Shown here: positions 30,563 through 40,283 of the stretch, piece by piece
Layout: every line of letters starts with the position of its first letter
Position numbering within the stretch: the first letter of the stretch is position 1
DNA from: Promethearchaeota archaeon
GTDB lineage: Archaea; Asgardarchaeota; Lokiarchaeia; Sigyniarchaeales; SOKP01
Length of the DNA stretch: 64,000 bases
Assembly (NCBI GenBank): GCA_016839765.1
Contig: JAEOTP010000043.1
Span: 1 to 64,000 of the forward strand
Direction: 5' to 3'
Position numbers and translations under genes: made by a program
The notes under the pieces: model-generated
The model's database searches: none
The model's input: only the letters and a program-made list of their open reading frames with translations
What the model was told of the DNA's origin: nothing

Positions 30563-30985
30563 ATGCAAGTAAATTTAAATCATCTTAAAGATCTACATTT
30601 TAAAGCATCTGCTAGAAACTTTAAGAGTATTGATCTAGATGAACCTGAATCATTTCACGGAACAAATTTAGGACCAAGTCCAGTTGAATATTTGCTGATA
30701 GGAATAGGCGGGTGTTTGGGAAGTTCTTTTATGTTTTGTTTAGTTAAGCATGGTATAGAAATCGAAAATTTAGAAATTATAGTAGATGGAAAGATACATC
30801 ATAAACCTCCAACGATGAGATTAAAGTTAGCGCAAGTTGATGTTAAGATTATGTATCTGTTAAAGGATCTATCTCAAGCTGAGAAAATTGAACAATGTAG
30901 AAGTAAATTTATGAAATATTGTGTAGTCTCAGATACATTAATCAATGGGATTCCAATTAATGTTGAATTTCAAAAAACAGACTAA
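30563..30985 (+). CDS. OsmC/Ohr family protein
   Basis: DEP..GPSPVEYLLIGIGGC and YCVVSDTL motifs. Confidence 0.88.
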   Translation: MQVNLNHLKDLHFKASARNFKSIDLDEPESFHGTNLGPSPVEYLLIGIGGCLGSSFMFCLVKHGIEIENLEIIVDGKIHHKPPTMRLKLAQVDVKIMYLLKDLSQAEKIEQCRSKFMKYCVVSDTLINGIPINVEFQKTD

Positions 30986-31005
30986 AAAAAAGTAAAAAAG
31001 AAGTT

Positions 31006-32230
31006 TTAGAAATAATAAACGTTAATTTGTTCTGGAATGGTTAATTCTTCTTCTTTATTTTTACATGCTATGAATTTGATTTTCATATTCATTACCAGTG
31101 TTAGAAGACGTTTAGACAGAATTCCATCAATAATTATAAATTCAGTTTGGTTGTATTTTGATATCTCCTCAAATAATTTGCCTGCAGTTAAATCAAATAA
31201 TTTCTCAAGTTTATTATTAAATCCGATACTATGGCCTGATGGAATTGTCTTTAATGCTTGTGTTATGATTGATTGATTTTTCACTTTAAGTTTTCTTAGT
31301 AACTTACTAAGCTTTGTTTCTGTAACTTTTTTCTCCATAACAGAAGATGTTTCTCCTGGTTTTTCTAAAGATTCTGTTGTAGATCTCTTATTCTGGAGAG
31401 ATTTTATCATCTGTTTCCTGGTTAATTCTTCTACTTCATATCCATCAGGAGCGTGAGCAATAAAGTCTACATTAATTAACTGCATTAACTCTTTTGTAAT
31501 TAATTCTCCGCCCCTATCTCCATCGCAGAATATTGTTACTCTCTCTTTTTTTTTCGCTAAATCTATAACTGATTTAGGAATATGGGTTCCTTGGACGGCT
31601 ACAGTATTTTTTATCCCTATTCTAAGTAGGTTTAAAACATCAGCTCGCCCCTCGACAATGATTAAATCATCATCACTTTCAACGTTTGGTCCAGCTGGTA
31701 ATCCTTCAGGACCCCATTTTATAATTTCACCAAGTTTAATATCTGTATCTATTTTTTCTTCAATTTCACTAGGTTCAAGAGATTTTTGATCCCATTCTTT
31801 TAATAATTCTGCTGCACGTTCAATGATTTTTTTGCGCTTTCTTTCCCTTACATCTCTAATCTCAATGAGACGGATTTTAGCTTCACAAGGTCCAACACGG
31901 GTAACAGTTTCAATAGTTGCCGCCAATAATGCAGTCTCCTTTCTAGTTAAAGAAGATGGAATTTTAATAATACCAGTAGAAACACCCTCCTTAGATTCGT
32001 TTTCTACTTCAATTCTTCCGATTCGTCCTGACTTTTGAAGATCTCTTAAATCGAGATCTAAAAGGAGACCCTCAGTTTAGCCGATTTAGCCGAAATGGCT
32101 TTAAAATTTACCTTTGACCAAATATGGCGCCAACTATATCGCTTTTTTCAACCACTCCCTTAATTTCAAATTTTGTTTCAATAATATATTTTGTAGTAAA
32201 ATCTACCTGATTATTTGTAATCTTGATCAC
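31006..32230 (-). CDS. dnaG: Archaeal DnaG (TOPRIM; exosome-associated), two exons: 32230..32114 joined to 32076..31006 (395 aa)
   Basis: Exon 1: (V)IKITNNQVDFTTKYIIETKFEIKGVVEKSDIVGAIFGQ. Exon 2: TEGLLLDLDLRDLQKSGRIGRIEV..., then IIVEGRADV and DGDRGG TOPRIM motifs. Confidence 0.9.
32077..32113 (-). other. 37-nt BHB-type intron in the dnaG mRNA
   Basis: Insert AGGTAAATTTTAAAGCCATTTCGGCTAAATCGGCTAA carries an in-frame TAA and shifts the frame. GGUC/GGCU 4-bp helix with a 3-nt AAA 3' of each strand. Confidence 0.8.
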
Positions 32231-32802
32231 TTCCGTATTACTTAATTAAAATTTATTTCTTTATTTTTATGAGATAATTATAATCTTAAATGATTTCAAA
32301 CATTTTAAATTGAAAATATGATTTTTAGTTCAGTTTTTTTTGTGTATTTTAATTTTAAATGCTTTTAAGTCATCAATAAATAGATGATCAATTTAAATAA
32401 ATAATTCTTTCCATTTATTTTTTGCTGAATAAAAAGGCAAACAAAATTGTTTGCAGCCATAACATCTCCATAGGATATTTATTTTTAAAGAAAATATTTA
32501 ATAGATATTGATGAGTCTTTATTGGAATAATATGCTATTAAGAAGGTTTTCAAATTTAAATAAAAAGAAAATCAAATTCAAATTGAGTACTAATATAGGG
32601 CGATTTTATTTTTACTTTGAAAAAGAAAATAATGAAAATTCTTCTGTTAATGGTAAAATCATATTTTTCCCTAAAGATGTCGAAATTACTCAACAGTTAT
32701 AATATAATTTGAAATGATTAAAATTCAAATAATTATATTATTATAATAGAACTTAATTCTCTTCTATGTTTTAATTCATCTTAAGATTATCAAGTTAATA
32801 CA

Positions 32803-33858
32803 ATGATTGATAAAATAGTTGTGTTTGGAGGCAAAGGCGGTGTTGGAAAAAGCTCAATTAGTGCTGCAACAGCCGTAAAGCTTTCGGAATTAGTTCCCAC
32901 TAAAAAAATTCTATTAATTTCATTTGATATTGCACATAATTTAACTGACATTTTTGGAATCACTATAAACAGTAAAATAACTCCTATTACGGATAACTTA
33001 TGGGCAATTGAACCTGATCCAAATCTTTATGCTGAAAAATATACAAAAGATTTAGTGGAAAAAATGAAAACTCTTATAAAACAAATGCCTATCATTGGAA
33101 ATTTACCTCAAATCGAGAAGTTTATTAATACGACATTCACAGCAGATTCTATCCCATTGGCTTTAAAAAATGCGATGTTTTTCCAAAAATTACTAGATGC
33201 AGAAGATCTTGATACTCAAGAAATTCAATTTGATATCATCGTAGCAGATTTTCCTCCCACAGGAAATATGGTGGCTCTTTTCGAAATTCCCGAAGATCAA
33301 GTTAAAGTTGTTTTGAAATATTCTTTAAATTTTTATAATTCAATTAGAGGGGCAATTAGAAATTTCTCTAAAATGTTTAGACAGCTAATTAAACCTTTTG
33401 ATGATGGAAGCTATGAAAAAAGAAGAGAATTAGGAAATGAAATTTTTAACATGGTAGTAGAACTTGAAAAACGTGGAGAAAGAATAAGCGAATTAATTCA
33501 TAGTGTAGGATCCTTACGATTGGTCACTATCGCTGAAAGACCTAGTTTTGAAGAAATAAAAAGAGCACGAGATTTAACTAAAAGATATATTTCCCTTCAT
33601 GCTGTTCATATAAACATGTTAACTCCCGAAGTAAAAAAATGCGAATACTGTAAAAAGATGAGATCTAACCAATTAAAATTTACATCAGAAATTAAAAACG
33701 AGTTTAAAAAATTAAGAATTTGGGAATCAGATCGCCTTATTGATGAACCAATTGGATTAGACGGGATAAAAAAACTCGCCACGGAAGTGTATGGAAATGT
33801 TACTGCAAATGAAATTTTGAATCCTCTAGTTAAGATGAAAAAAATGAATAAAATTTAG
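32803..33858 (+). CDS. ArsA/Get3 (TRC40)-family ATPase
   Basis: GGKGGVGKSS P-loop, SFDIAHNL, DFPPTG and C-terminal CEYC motifs. Confidence 0.88.
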   Translation: MIDKIVVFGGKGGVGKSSISAATAVKLSELVPTKKILLISFDIAHNLTDIFGITINSKITPITDNLWAIEPDPNLYAEKYTKDLVEKMKTLIKQMPIIGNLPQIEKFINTTFTADSIPLALKNAMFFQKLLDAEDLDTQEIQFDIIVADFPPTGNMVALFEIPEDQVKVVLKYSLNFYNSIRGAIRNFSKMFRQLIKPFDDGSYEKRRELGNEIFNMVVELEKRGERISELIHSVGSLRLVTIAERPSFEEIKRARDLTKRYISLHAVHINMLTPEVKKCEYCKKMRSNQLKFTSEIKNEFKKLRIWESDRLIDEPIGLDGIKKLATEVYGNVTANEILNPLVKMKKMNKI

Positions 33859-35123
33859 GTCCCTTCAAGGTATCCATGGATATAATTGTATTGTTCCCCA
33901 GTCAGTTCATCAATTTCAATGCCCATTGATTGTAATTTTAAATATCCTACTTTATTATCTATTTCTGTTGGAATCTCGATTATACCAGGTTTGAAGGACC
34001 CTTTATTTTTAACAATATACTCAGATATTAATGATTGTAAAGCAAAAGACATGTCCATTACTTCACTTGGATGACCTTCAGATAATACTAAATTAGCTAA
34101 TCTTCCTTTAGCAAGTAAATAAATCTTTTTACCACCTGGCAGAGTCAATTCTTCTACATGTTTTCGTATTGGTTTTACTTCTTTAGCATAGTCATATAAT
34201 TGTTTAGTTGGAATTTCAATATCAAAATGACCTAAATTCCCAAGAATGACACCATCCTTGAATGTGTCAAATATTTCAGGTTTAGGTGGAATAACATGCT
34301 TACATCCTGTAGCTGTTAGAATTACATCTGCCTCTGGAAGAGTTTTAAGAATAGGTTTTACATCAAATCCTGCAAATTTGGCTTGTAAGGCTTTTATTGG
34401 ATCCACCTCTGTTACAGTCACATTTGCACCTAAACCTTTTGCTCGTAATGCCATCCCTGAAGAACAATGACCATATCCTGCAATAACAACATCCTTTCCA
34501 GCAAATAGTATATGCATTCCATATATTGCTGAAATGACCCCTTGTCCTGTGCCTAGCTCATTATCAAATTGATTTTTGCATCGCGCATCATTGACTGGAA
34601 ATAATGGTACTTTTAATACACCCTGTTTATCCATAGCTCTGAAGCGTTTTACTCCGGTTGTAGTTTCCTCTTGACATCCAATTATAATACCTTCTTCAAT
34701 TAATTCAGGAAATTCTTTATGTGCCGTTACAATCATATCTGCTCCATCATCTATCAAAATATTTGGTTTTGCTTTCAAGCATTGTCGTATACACCAGTAA
34801 AACTCTTCATCAGTATTTCCATGCCAAGCAAATACATTAACTCCCTCTTCAACTAAAGCTGCAGCTACATCGTCTTGGGTTGATAATGGATTGCTGCCAC
34901 ATAAATAAACCTCTGCTCCTCCTGCTTTAAGTGTACGTGCGAGATTTCCAGTTTCTTTAGTAATGTGTAGGCATCCCGCGATGACCACACCCTTCAATGG
35001 TTTTTCTTTTGTAAATCTTTCACGAATAATTTTAACCGTTACTGGCATTTTTCTTTCTGCGATATATAATGCTTCTTTTCCCTTTTCAGCTAATGATTCA
35101 TCAGCAACTTTATAATTTACCAT
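33855..35123 (-). CDS. ahcY: Adenosylhomocysteinase
   Basis: GCLHITKET, SNPLSTQDD, EETTTG and GHPSEVMDMSF motifs. Confidence 0.97.
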   Translation of the reverse strand: MVNYKVADESLAEKGKEALYIAERKMPVTVKIIRERFTKEKPLKGVVIAGCLHITKETGNLARTLKAGGAEVYLCGSNPLSTQDDVAAALVEEGVNVFAWHGNTDEEFYWCIRQCLKAKPNILIDDGADMIVTAHKEFPELIEEGIIIGCQEETTTGVKRFRAMDKQGVLKVPLFPVNDARCKNQFDNELGTGQGVISAIYGMHILFAGKDVVIAGYGHCSSGMALRAKGLGANVTVTEVDPIKALQAKFAGFDVKPILKTLPEADVILTATGCKHVIPPKPEIFDTFKDGVILGNLGHFDIEIPTKQLYDYAKEVKPIRKHVEELTLPGGKKIYLLAKGRLANLVLSEGHPSEVMDMSFALQSLISEYIVKNKGSFKPGIIEIPTEIDNKVGYLKLQSMGIEIDELTGEQYNYIHGYLEGT

Positions 35124-35243
35124 TTAAAGTTCACTTTCAAAGTTTTACTTTTAATAATTTTAATTAACTAATAAAGATATTTTTGGTTAAATGCAAATAT
35201 TTATATATTTAATTTGACAATTAATTAATAATATACAAGAAAA

Positions 35244-36494
35244 ATGCAAAATTGTAATATTATGAGTAGTAGTAAAGATCGAGTGGAAGCCCAACACTTT
35301 ATAAAGAATTTAAGTGGAAAAACCAAATTTGTTATATCAAAAAATTCACGTGCGATAGGACTCTCTAGACAAACATATCAAAACAAACTTGATAATTTGA
35401 GATACCAAAAAATAATTACCAATTTTACAATTAATATTAATCCAAATATTCGCCCAAATAATTTGAAATATGTAATGATTGAAATAAAAACTAACCCTAA
35501 AGAACCTGAATTAGTCGAAGAACTCTTAAAAATTCCGCAATTAAGAATGTTAGATGGAATATTTGGAGATTTTTCTCTGTTTGCATTATTTATTTTTAAA
35601 TCTCCCGAGGAATATTATCAGATATTGAATAACATTGATAAAACTATGTCAAAATCATATTTTAAGAAATATCAGATAATCGAAACTATTAAGGTGTTTA
35701 AAACAAATGGAATTAGCTTGAGAGACTCAAAAATCTCATTTACTCTTGGAAAAAAAATCAATTTAAAAGAAATTGCTAAAAATTCTGCGAATATCGAATA
35801 TAACCCACAGAAATTTCCGGGCGTTGTTATGAAGATAGAAGATCCAAATGCTACAATTTTGATTTTCTCAACTGGTAAAATAGTAGTAACTGAATTTAGA
35901 AAAGAAATAGGAGCTAAACAATTAATAGATAAAGTTGCCCAAGAGATAAGAAAAACAGGAATTCAACTAGAGAAGAAGATTAGTCAAAATTTTTATATTG
36001 ATGAGATAGATTACCTTATTTTAAAAATATTACAAGATGACCAAGGATTAAGACCAATTTCTACATATGAAATCAAAGATTTGCTAAATGAAAAGTATAG
36101 AATGACTTTAAAGTCTCTGAACAAAGACGATATTTCACAATCAACTATTCATAACAGAATTAAAAAACTCGAACAACAAGGTGCTATCTTAAATTATACA
36201 GTGAATTTTTGTCCAAAAAAAATAGGCTTTAAAGGCAAATATCTCCTTCGTATTAAACCAAAAGATCCATCAAAATATAATGAACTTGCTCTTAAACTGG
36301 ATATGCACAAAAATATTACTGATTTATTTCGAATAGGCGAACAATATGGATTATTTGCGATTGTTAGAGTGGAAAAAATTGAAGATTTTGCCTCTTTTAT
36401 CAAGGATCTATATAGTTCAGAAGAAATTGAAGATACATACACAAGCTTTGTTTTAGATGAGTTGAAACCTTATACTAATTTTATCCTTTTTTGA
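35244..36494 (+). CDS. Tandem Lrp/AsnC-family regulator with an inserted single TBP repeat
   Basis: Two HTH+RAM units (GLSRQT..; IDEIDYLILKILQ..ISQSTIHNRIKKLEQQGAI) flank EYNPQKFPGVVMKIEDPNATILIFSTGKIVVT. Confidence 0.85.
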   Translation: MQNCNIMSSSKDRVEAQHFIKNLSGKTKFVISKNSRAIGLSRQTYQNKLDNLRYQKIITNFTININPNIRPNNLKYVMIEIKTNPKEPELVEELLKIPQLRMLDGIFGDFSLFALFIFKSPEEYYQILNNIDKTMSKSYFKKYQIIETIKVFKTNGISLRDSKISFTLGKKINLKEIAKNSANIEYNPQKFPGVVMKIEDPNATILIFSTGKIVVTEFRKEIGAKQLIDKVAQEIRKTGIQLEKKISQNFYIDEIDYLILKILQDDQGLRPISTYEIKDLLNEKYRMTLKSLNKDDISQSTIHNRIKKLEQQGAILNYTVNFCPKKIGFKGKYLLRIKPKDPSKYNELALKLDMHKNITDLFRIGEQYGLFAIVRVEKIEDFASFIKDLYSSEEIEDTYTSFVLDELKPYTNFILF

Positions 36495-36582
36495 AATTCA
36501 AATGATTTTAAATTAGTTTTCCAGAGAGTTTTTAAAAAATTTAAAGAATATTAATTTATTTACTTTAGAATCATTTTTTTAT

Positions 36583-38673
36583 TTGTATATTATGAATTAT
36601 TTTTATGAAATCTTAAATAAACGGATAGGTTATTCTAGAGTCGGGAGAATCAAATTATCGAAGGAACCTAAGAAATATGTAAAGACTCCTAACGTTATTC
36701 TCCCTATGCGAAATTTTCTATTGAAAAATGTTAACTTCTTAGAAGAGTTTGAAGACCATGAAATTTTTTTAATATCAAAAGAAGTTTTCCTAAAAATAGG
36801 TTTTTTGCGCGATAAGTTTAGAAATACAGCTTTTATTTTCACCCATACAGGTACACTACAAACATTTATAGAAATTTTAGAGAATAATATTGACATCTTC
36901 TCGGAAGATAATATTATTCTTCTAATCCCTTTCAATATCCCAACGACAATTCTTGATGAAAATTTTGCTAAAAATGAAATCTTATATCATCTTAATTCAG
37001 TAAAAAAACTCTTAGAAAATTTTCCAAATCTTAATTTTGGGTTAAGTATTAAAATATTTGAACATCCACAATTCCTTGATCTATATAGTCCATTAATAAA
37101 AGAAAATAAAAATATTAAAATATTAAATTTAATTGACTTTTTCACTGCTAATACTAATTTTAGAAATGTCTTGGATTTAATTATTAGCATTAAACAAAAC
37201 TTTGATAATAATTTAGTTTTAATGGCTTCAGGACGGATTATCCCAAAGTATTTTCCAATTTTAATTTACTTAGGTATCGATCTTATTGATAGCTCATATT
37301 TACTTTATTTAACTTCAGAGAATTTCTATGATACAATAGAATTTTTACTTCCAATTTATAAAGTAAAGTATTTTCCTTGTTCATGTGTAGCTTGTCAAAC
37401 AAAATTAAAGAACTTCCAAAGTATGAAATATTCAGATGAAATATTTGAATATTTGTGTCTACATAATCTAATAACAGCAAAAACTTATATGAATAAAATA
37501 AAACAATATTTAAGGACAGAGGATTTCCGAGCATTTGTAGAAAAGACCTCATTTGATGATGTTCTAATCGTTTCAATATTAAAAGTATTAGATAGACAAT
37601 ATTTTGATTTAATAAAGTATGAGACTCCGATAACAGATTCTTTCTCGACAGTTAAATGCTTTGGTCCATCTTCTTACTATAGGCCAGACTTTCATCAATT
37701 TAGGGAGAGGTTAATAAAATATTTTTTACCTGAACCGTGGACAAAATTGATTATAATTTTTCCTTGCTCTGCAAGAAAGCCATATTCAGCATCAAAATCT
37801 CATAAGAAATTTCACAGTGTTTTAAGGAAATTTCCGGATTTCCCGGATTTTCAAGAAATTATTCTTACTTCCCCTCTTGGAGCTATACCACGACAGTTAG
37901 AAAATGTCTATCCTGTAAATTCATATGATATATCTGTAACTGGATTTTGGGATAATGAGGAGATTGATTTAGCTTCTCAAATGTTGGTTGAACTACTTAA
38001 GAAGTATAATACAAAAATCCCTATTATATGTCATGTAAGTGATAAAGGATACAAGGAAATTGTTTTAAGAGCACAAAAACAACTGTCTAACCAATTTTAT
38101 TTTACAGAGGTCTACAAAAATCTTACAACTTCTGATTCATTGAAGTCGCTGGAGAACATCGTAAATAATTTAAAAGATATTTTTATTTTAAAGGAAAATA
38201 TACCAAAGTCGAAGTATTATTCAAAATCGTGGGTTCGAAAATTAGTTAAAATTGCTGATTATCAGTTTGGTTCTAATATTGGTATGAAAATCTTTTCAAA
38301 AGGAATAAGAGTCAAGAAAAATAATGTGAGTAAAAATTTAGATATTATTGATATTGAAAACAAAAAATTATTAGGAAAATTTTTGGTTAAGACGGGTCAA
38401 ATTGAATTAACATTAATTGGAGCAGAAATTTTATCAGCCATTGACAAAGAATTTAATATTTTGGTCTTTGATGGAGATTTAATAAAGGGAAATACTCTTT
38501 TTAGACCAGGAATTGTTGAATTTAGTCAGAATCTTATCCCAAATAATTATGTTATTATTTTGGATAAAAGTAAAAAAAGTGTGATTGGACTTGCCAAATT
38601 AATTGTTGGTTCAAATTATATAAAAAACTCAAGTAATGGAAGGATTGCTAAAGTTTATGAAAAAATCAGTTAA
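36583..38673 (+). CDS. arcS: Archaeosine synthase subunit alpha (TgtA2/ArcS) with a PUA domain
   Basis: TGT-like N-terminus, CSCVAC..HN zinc site, PCSARKPYSASKSH, TSPLGAIPRQLE and C-terminal PUA. Confidence 0.88.
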   Translation: MYIMNYFYEILNKRIGYSRVGRIKLSKEPKKYVKTPNVILPMRNFLLKNVNFLEEFEDHEIFLISKEVFLKIGFLRDKFRNTAFIFTHTGTLQTFIEILENNIDIFSEDNIILLIPFNIPTTILDENFAKNEILYHLNSVKKLLENFPNLNFGLSIKIFEHPQFLDLYSPLIKENKNIKILNLIDFFTANTNFRNVLDLIISIKQNFDNNLVLMASGRIIPKYFPILIYLGIDLIDSSYLLYLTSENFYDTIEFLLPIYKVKYFPCSCVACQTKLKNFQSMKYSDEIFEYLCLHNLITAKTYMNKIKQYLRTEDFRAFVEKTSFDDVLIVSILKVLDRQYFDLIKYETPITDSFSTVKCFGPSSYYRPDFHQFRERLIKYFLPEPWTKLIIIFPCSARKPYSASKSHKKFHSVLRKFPDFPDFQEIILTSPLGAIPRQLENVYPVNSYDISVTGFWDNEEIDLASQMLVELLKKYNTKIPIICHVSDKGYKEIVLRAQKQLSNQFYFTEVYKNLTTSDSLKSLENIVNNLKDIFILKENIPKSKYYSKSWVRKLVKIADYQFGSNIGMKIFSKGIRVKKNNVSKNLDIIDIENKKLLGKFLVKTGQIELTLIGAEILSAIDKEFNILVFDGDLIKGNTLFRPGIVEFSQNLIPNNYVIILDKSKKSVIGLAKLIVGSNYIKNSSNGRIAKVYEKIS

Positions 38674-39754
38674 GTCTAGTTCAATTGTCGAAAATATTAA
38701 AGAAATTAGAGACAAAACAATTTTAAAGAGGAAAAATTTTACAAGCGATCAATTAAATAAACCAGTTAGTTTTTGGATAAAGGATGATCGCCTTTTAAAT
38801 GAAAAAGGAAAGGAATTTACTATTATCTTAAGAACTAAAGGGTGCAGCTGGGCATTAAGCGATAGTGGGGGATGTTCAATGTGTGGATATATAAATGATT
38901 CCAGTATTGAAAGTATAGACGATAAACATATTATCAATCAAGTAAATCATGCTTTTCAATCAAAATTGGAAGAAATTAGAATTGAAAGAAAGAATTTTAT
39001 ATTTAAGATTTTTAATTCTGGGAGTTTTTTCGATGAGAGTGAAATCTCTGAAGAAGTAAGGAACCATATTTATCAGAAAGTATATGAGAGTGATAGGATA
39101 CAAGAATTTGTTATTGAATCTCGCTTAGAATATATTTCAAAAATGAAATTAATAGATTTAAAAAACCAACTAAATGATAAATATATTGAATTAGCGATTG
39201 GCCTTGAAACGGTTAATGATTATATTAGAAACACTTATATAAATAAATCAATGTCTTATGATGATTTTATAAAAGTTTTTCGCATTTGCAAAGAAATTGG
39301 AATCGGAGTGAGGGTATATTTACTATTTAAACCCCCCTTTTTAAATGAACAAGGTGCTATAGACGATTGCGTCAGATCTATTATAAATCTAATTAATTTA
39401 GGAGTAGAAACGGTATCAATAAATCCTATAAATATTCAAAAAGGTACATTATTAGAATATTTATGGTATCAAAATCGTTATAGACCTCCATGGTTTTATT
39501 CTCTTTTTAAAAGTTTACGCAAAATCCATGAATTAAAAAAAGATTCAACATTTCCTCGTCTAATTTCAGATCCATCTGGAGCTGGAACGAAACGAGGGAT
39601 TCACAATTGCCTAAAAAGAGAATGTAATCAAAAAATGATAAGCATTCTTCGAAATTTTGTATTATCACAAGATTTTAACTATTTAAATAAAAAAGATGCA
39701 TATTATGATTGTGATTGTTTGACAAGATACCGTCTTCAAAAGAATTTCCATTAA
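38636..39754 (+). CDS. raSEA: Archaeosine biosynthesis radical SAM protein RaSEA
   Basis: ILRTKGCSW..GGCSMCGY, FNSGSFFD, IGLET and YRPPW motifs; overlaps arcS. Confidence 0.9.
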   Translation: MEGLLKFMKKSVKSSSIVENIKEIRDKTILKRKNFTSDQLNKPVSFWIKDDRLLNEKGKEFTIILRTKGCSWALSDSGGCSMCGYINDSSIESIDDKHIINQVNHAFQSKLEEIRIERKNFIFKIFNSGSFFDESEISEEVRNHIYQKVYESDRIQEFVIESRLEYISKMKLIDLKNQLNDKYIELAIGLETVNDYIRNTYINKSMSYDDFIKVFRICKEIGIGVRVYLLFKPPFLNEQGAIDDCVRSIINLINLGVETVSINPINIQKGTLLEYLWYQNRYRPPWFYSLFKSLRKIHELKKDSTFPRLISDPSGAGTKRGIHNCLKRECNQKMISILRNFVLSQDFNYLNKKDAYYDCDCLTRYRLQKNFH

Positions 39755-39986
39755 ATATTAGTAATAGTTTATCCAAAGATCGGGATAAATTATTAATTTT
39801 CGAAAAACAAACAATTTTATAGTTTTCCTTAAAAAAAAAATTTATTTTCATTTTCAATAATTTTTTCAAGAGAAATTAATGAAAATATTCATACCATTTT
39901 TGTAAAAATTCACCCCAAAAAGGTTATATTTAAATATTGCCTTTCAATTTTCTACTCTATATTTTATTAGTTAAGTAGGGTTATTC

Positions 39987-40235
39987 TTGAAAAACTGGAT
40001 TAAGCTAAACCTATTCTATCTCGGAAAATCTAAGAAGCATTATATTTTCAGAGCTAAAAGATGGAATAAAAATTTTGAGACTATATCACATAAATCAGTT
40101 TTCAATGAGAATTATGAAGAGGTTGGTAACATCAAAGAAATATTTGGTCCTATCAATATGCCATTTGTCTCTATAAAATCTTTACCAGATATGCAGTTTG
40201 GTTTAGAAAATAAGTTTTATATTAAAAATCGTTAG
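39987..40235 (+). CDS. gar1: H/ACA RNP protein Gar1/Naf1-like
   Basis: VGNIKEIFGPINMPFVSIK motif; conserved position upstream of tfb. Confidence 0.8.
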   Translation: MKNWIKLNLFYLGKSKKHYIFRAKRWNKNFETISHKSVFNENYEEVGNIKEIFGPINMPFVSIKSLPDMQFGLENKFYIKNR

Positions 40236-40283
40236 CAAACTTATAGAATTTTTAGCAATTCACAATTTTAAAAGGTGTAAAGT

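Noticed and set aside
31006-31926. ORF-track DnaG starting at TTG 31926, or dnaG as a pseudogene
   Set aside because: Conserved DnaG sequence continues for 89 more codons upstream, with no lesion other than the single structured insert.
32071-32111. The dnaG insert resembles a spliceosomal intron (AG|GTAAAT...CTAAA..TGAG|G)
   Set aside because: GT-AG excision removes 41 nt, leaves the gene out of frame and deletes the conserved T-E residues. Only the 37-nt BHB excision restores the protein.
32508-32702. 64-aa plus-strand ORF
   Set aside because: Low-complexity AT-rich sequence with no SD or motif; probably spurious.
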